A model generated the notes under the pieces. The model was not told where the DNA came from. It was given only the letters and a program-made list of their open reading frames with translations, and did no database searches. Below, in pieces: positions 63,829 to 64,000 of a stretch of 64,000 nucleotides of DNA; the first letter of the stretch is position 1; each line of letters starts with the position of its first letter. The stretch lies in IMG/VR virus record IMGVR_UViG_3300024245_000001, positions 5,907 to 69,906 of that record. The stretch is one strand, 5' to 3'. Origin of the DNA: a virus. Taxonomy: Duplodnaviria > Caudoviricetes. The position numbers were made by a program, and so were the translations under genes.

Positions 63829-63837
63829 GGAAGCCCC

Positions 63838-64000
63838 TTACGGAGAGCCGATCCCGGCTTGAATCACGGTGCCGCGGATTGCGCCGGTCCCGGACGTAAC
63901 CGTGAACCGCACCGCCGTCACGGGATCATTGATCGGTCCATCCAAAGACACCGTCGTCCCGTTAAGGGTCGGATGAATGAACGGCTGCGGATAGGATTGG
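63838..64000 (-). CDS. 3' end of a virion structural-type protein (runs off the right edge)
   Basis: Translated by hand: ...DPVTAVRFTVTSGTGAIRGTVIQAGIGSP*. Confidence 0.5.
   Translation of the reverse strand, partial: QSYPQPFIHPTLNGTTVSLDGPINDPVTAVRFTVTSGTGAIRGTVIQAGIGSP

Overview
The whole window looks like one tailed-phage genome (about 60-65% GC by eye, no host genes seen). Its short-tailed, P22/podovirus-like virion module and a GcrA homologue point to an alphaproteobacterial host. Layout: (i) 1-7.7 kb, minus strand: a nucleotide-sugar/glycosylation cluster (two glycosyltransferases, HldE-like nucleotidyltransferase-kinase, GmhA-like isomerase, split ThDP E1-alpha/beta pair, radical SAM, two methyltransferases) continuing directly from the head genes; (ii) 7.7-17.2 kb, minus: scaffold-like protein, GroES, portal, terminase; (iii) 18-24 kb, minus: NusG-like antiterminator, MT-A70 methylase, replication pair, PAPS-reductase-like protein, GcrA, Cro; (iv) about 24.1-24.3 kb: divergent promoters with five operator-like sites but only a 24-codon cI-like remnant; (v) 24.3-35.3 kb, plus: ERF/exonuclease recombination genes and a string of small genes bounded by short direct repeats; (vi) 35.2-64 kb, minus: membrane and secreted proteins, tail fibres, ejection proteins and head-tail proteins, with many free-standing homing endonucleases (eight in the window). 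No major capsid protein, integrase, endolysin, CRISPR array or reverse transcriptase was recognised. Both window ends lie in the same minus-strand late operon, so the missing head genes probably lie just outside. Top leads: the glycosylation cluster inside the head operon, a recurring (F/Y/H/R)A-x-GG-x-(V/I) motif in putative internal virion proteins, and tail-fibre/tailspike-type proteins with Sec-type signal peptides. All calls come from reading motifs by eye; no database searches were run.
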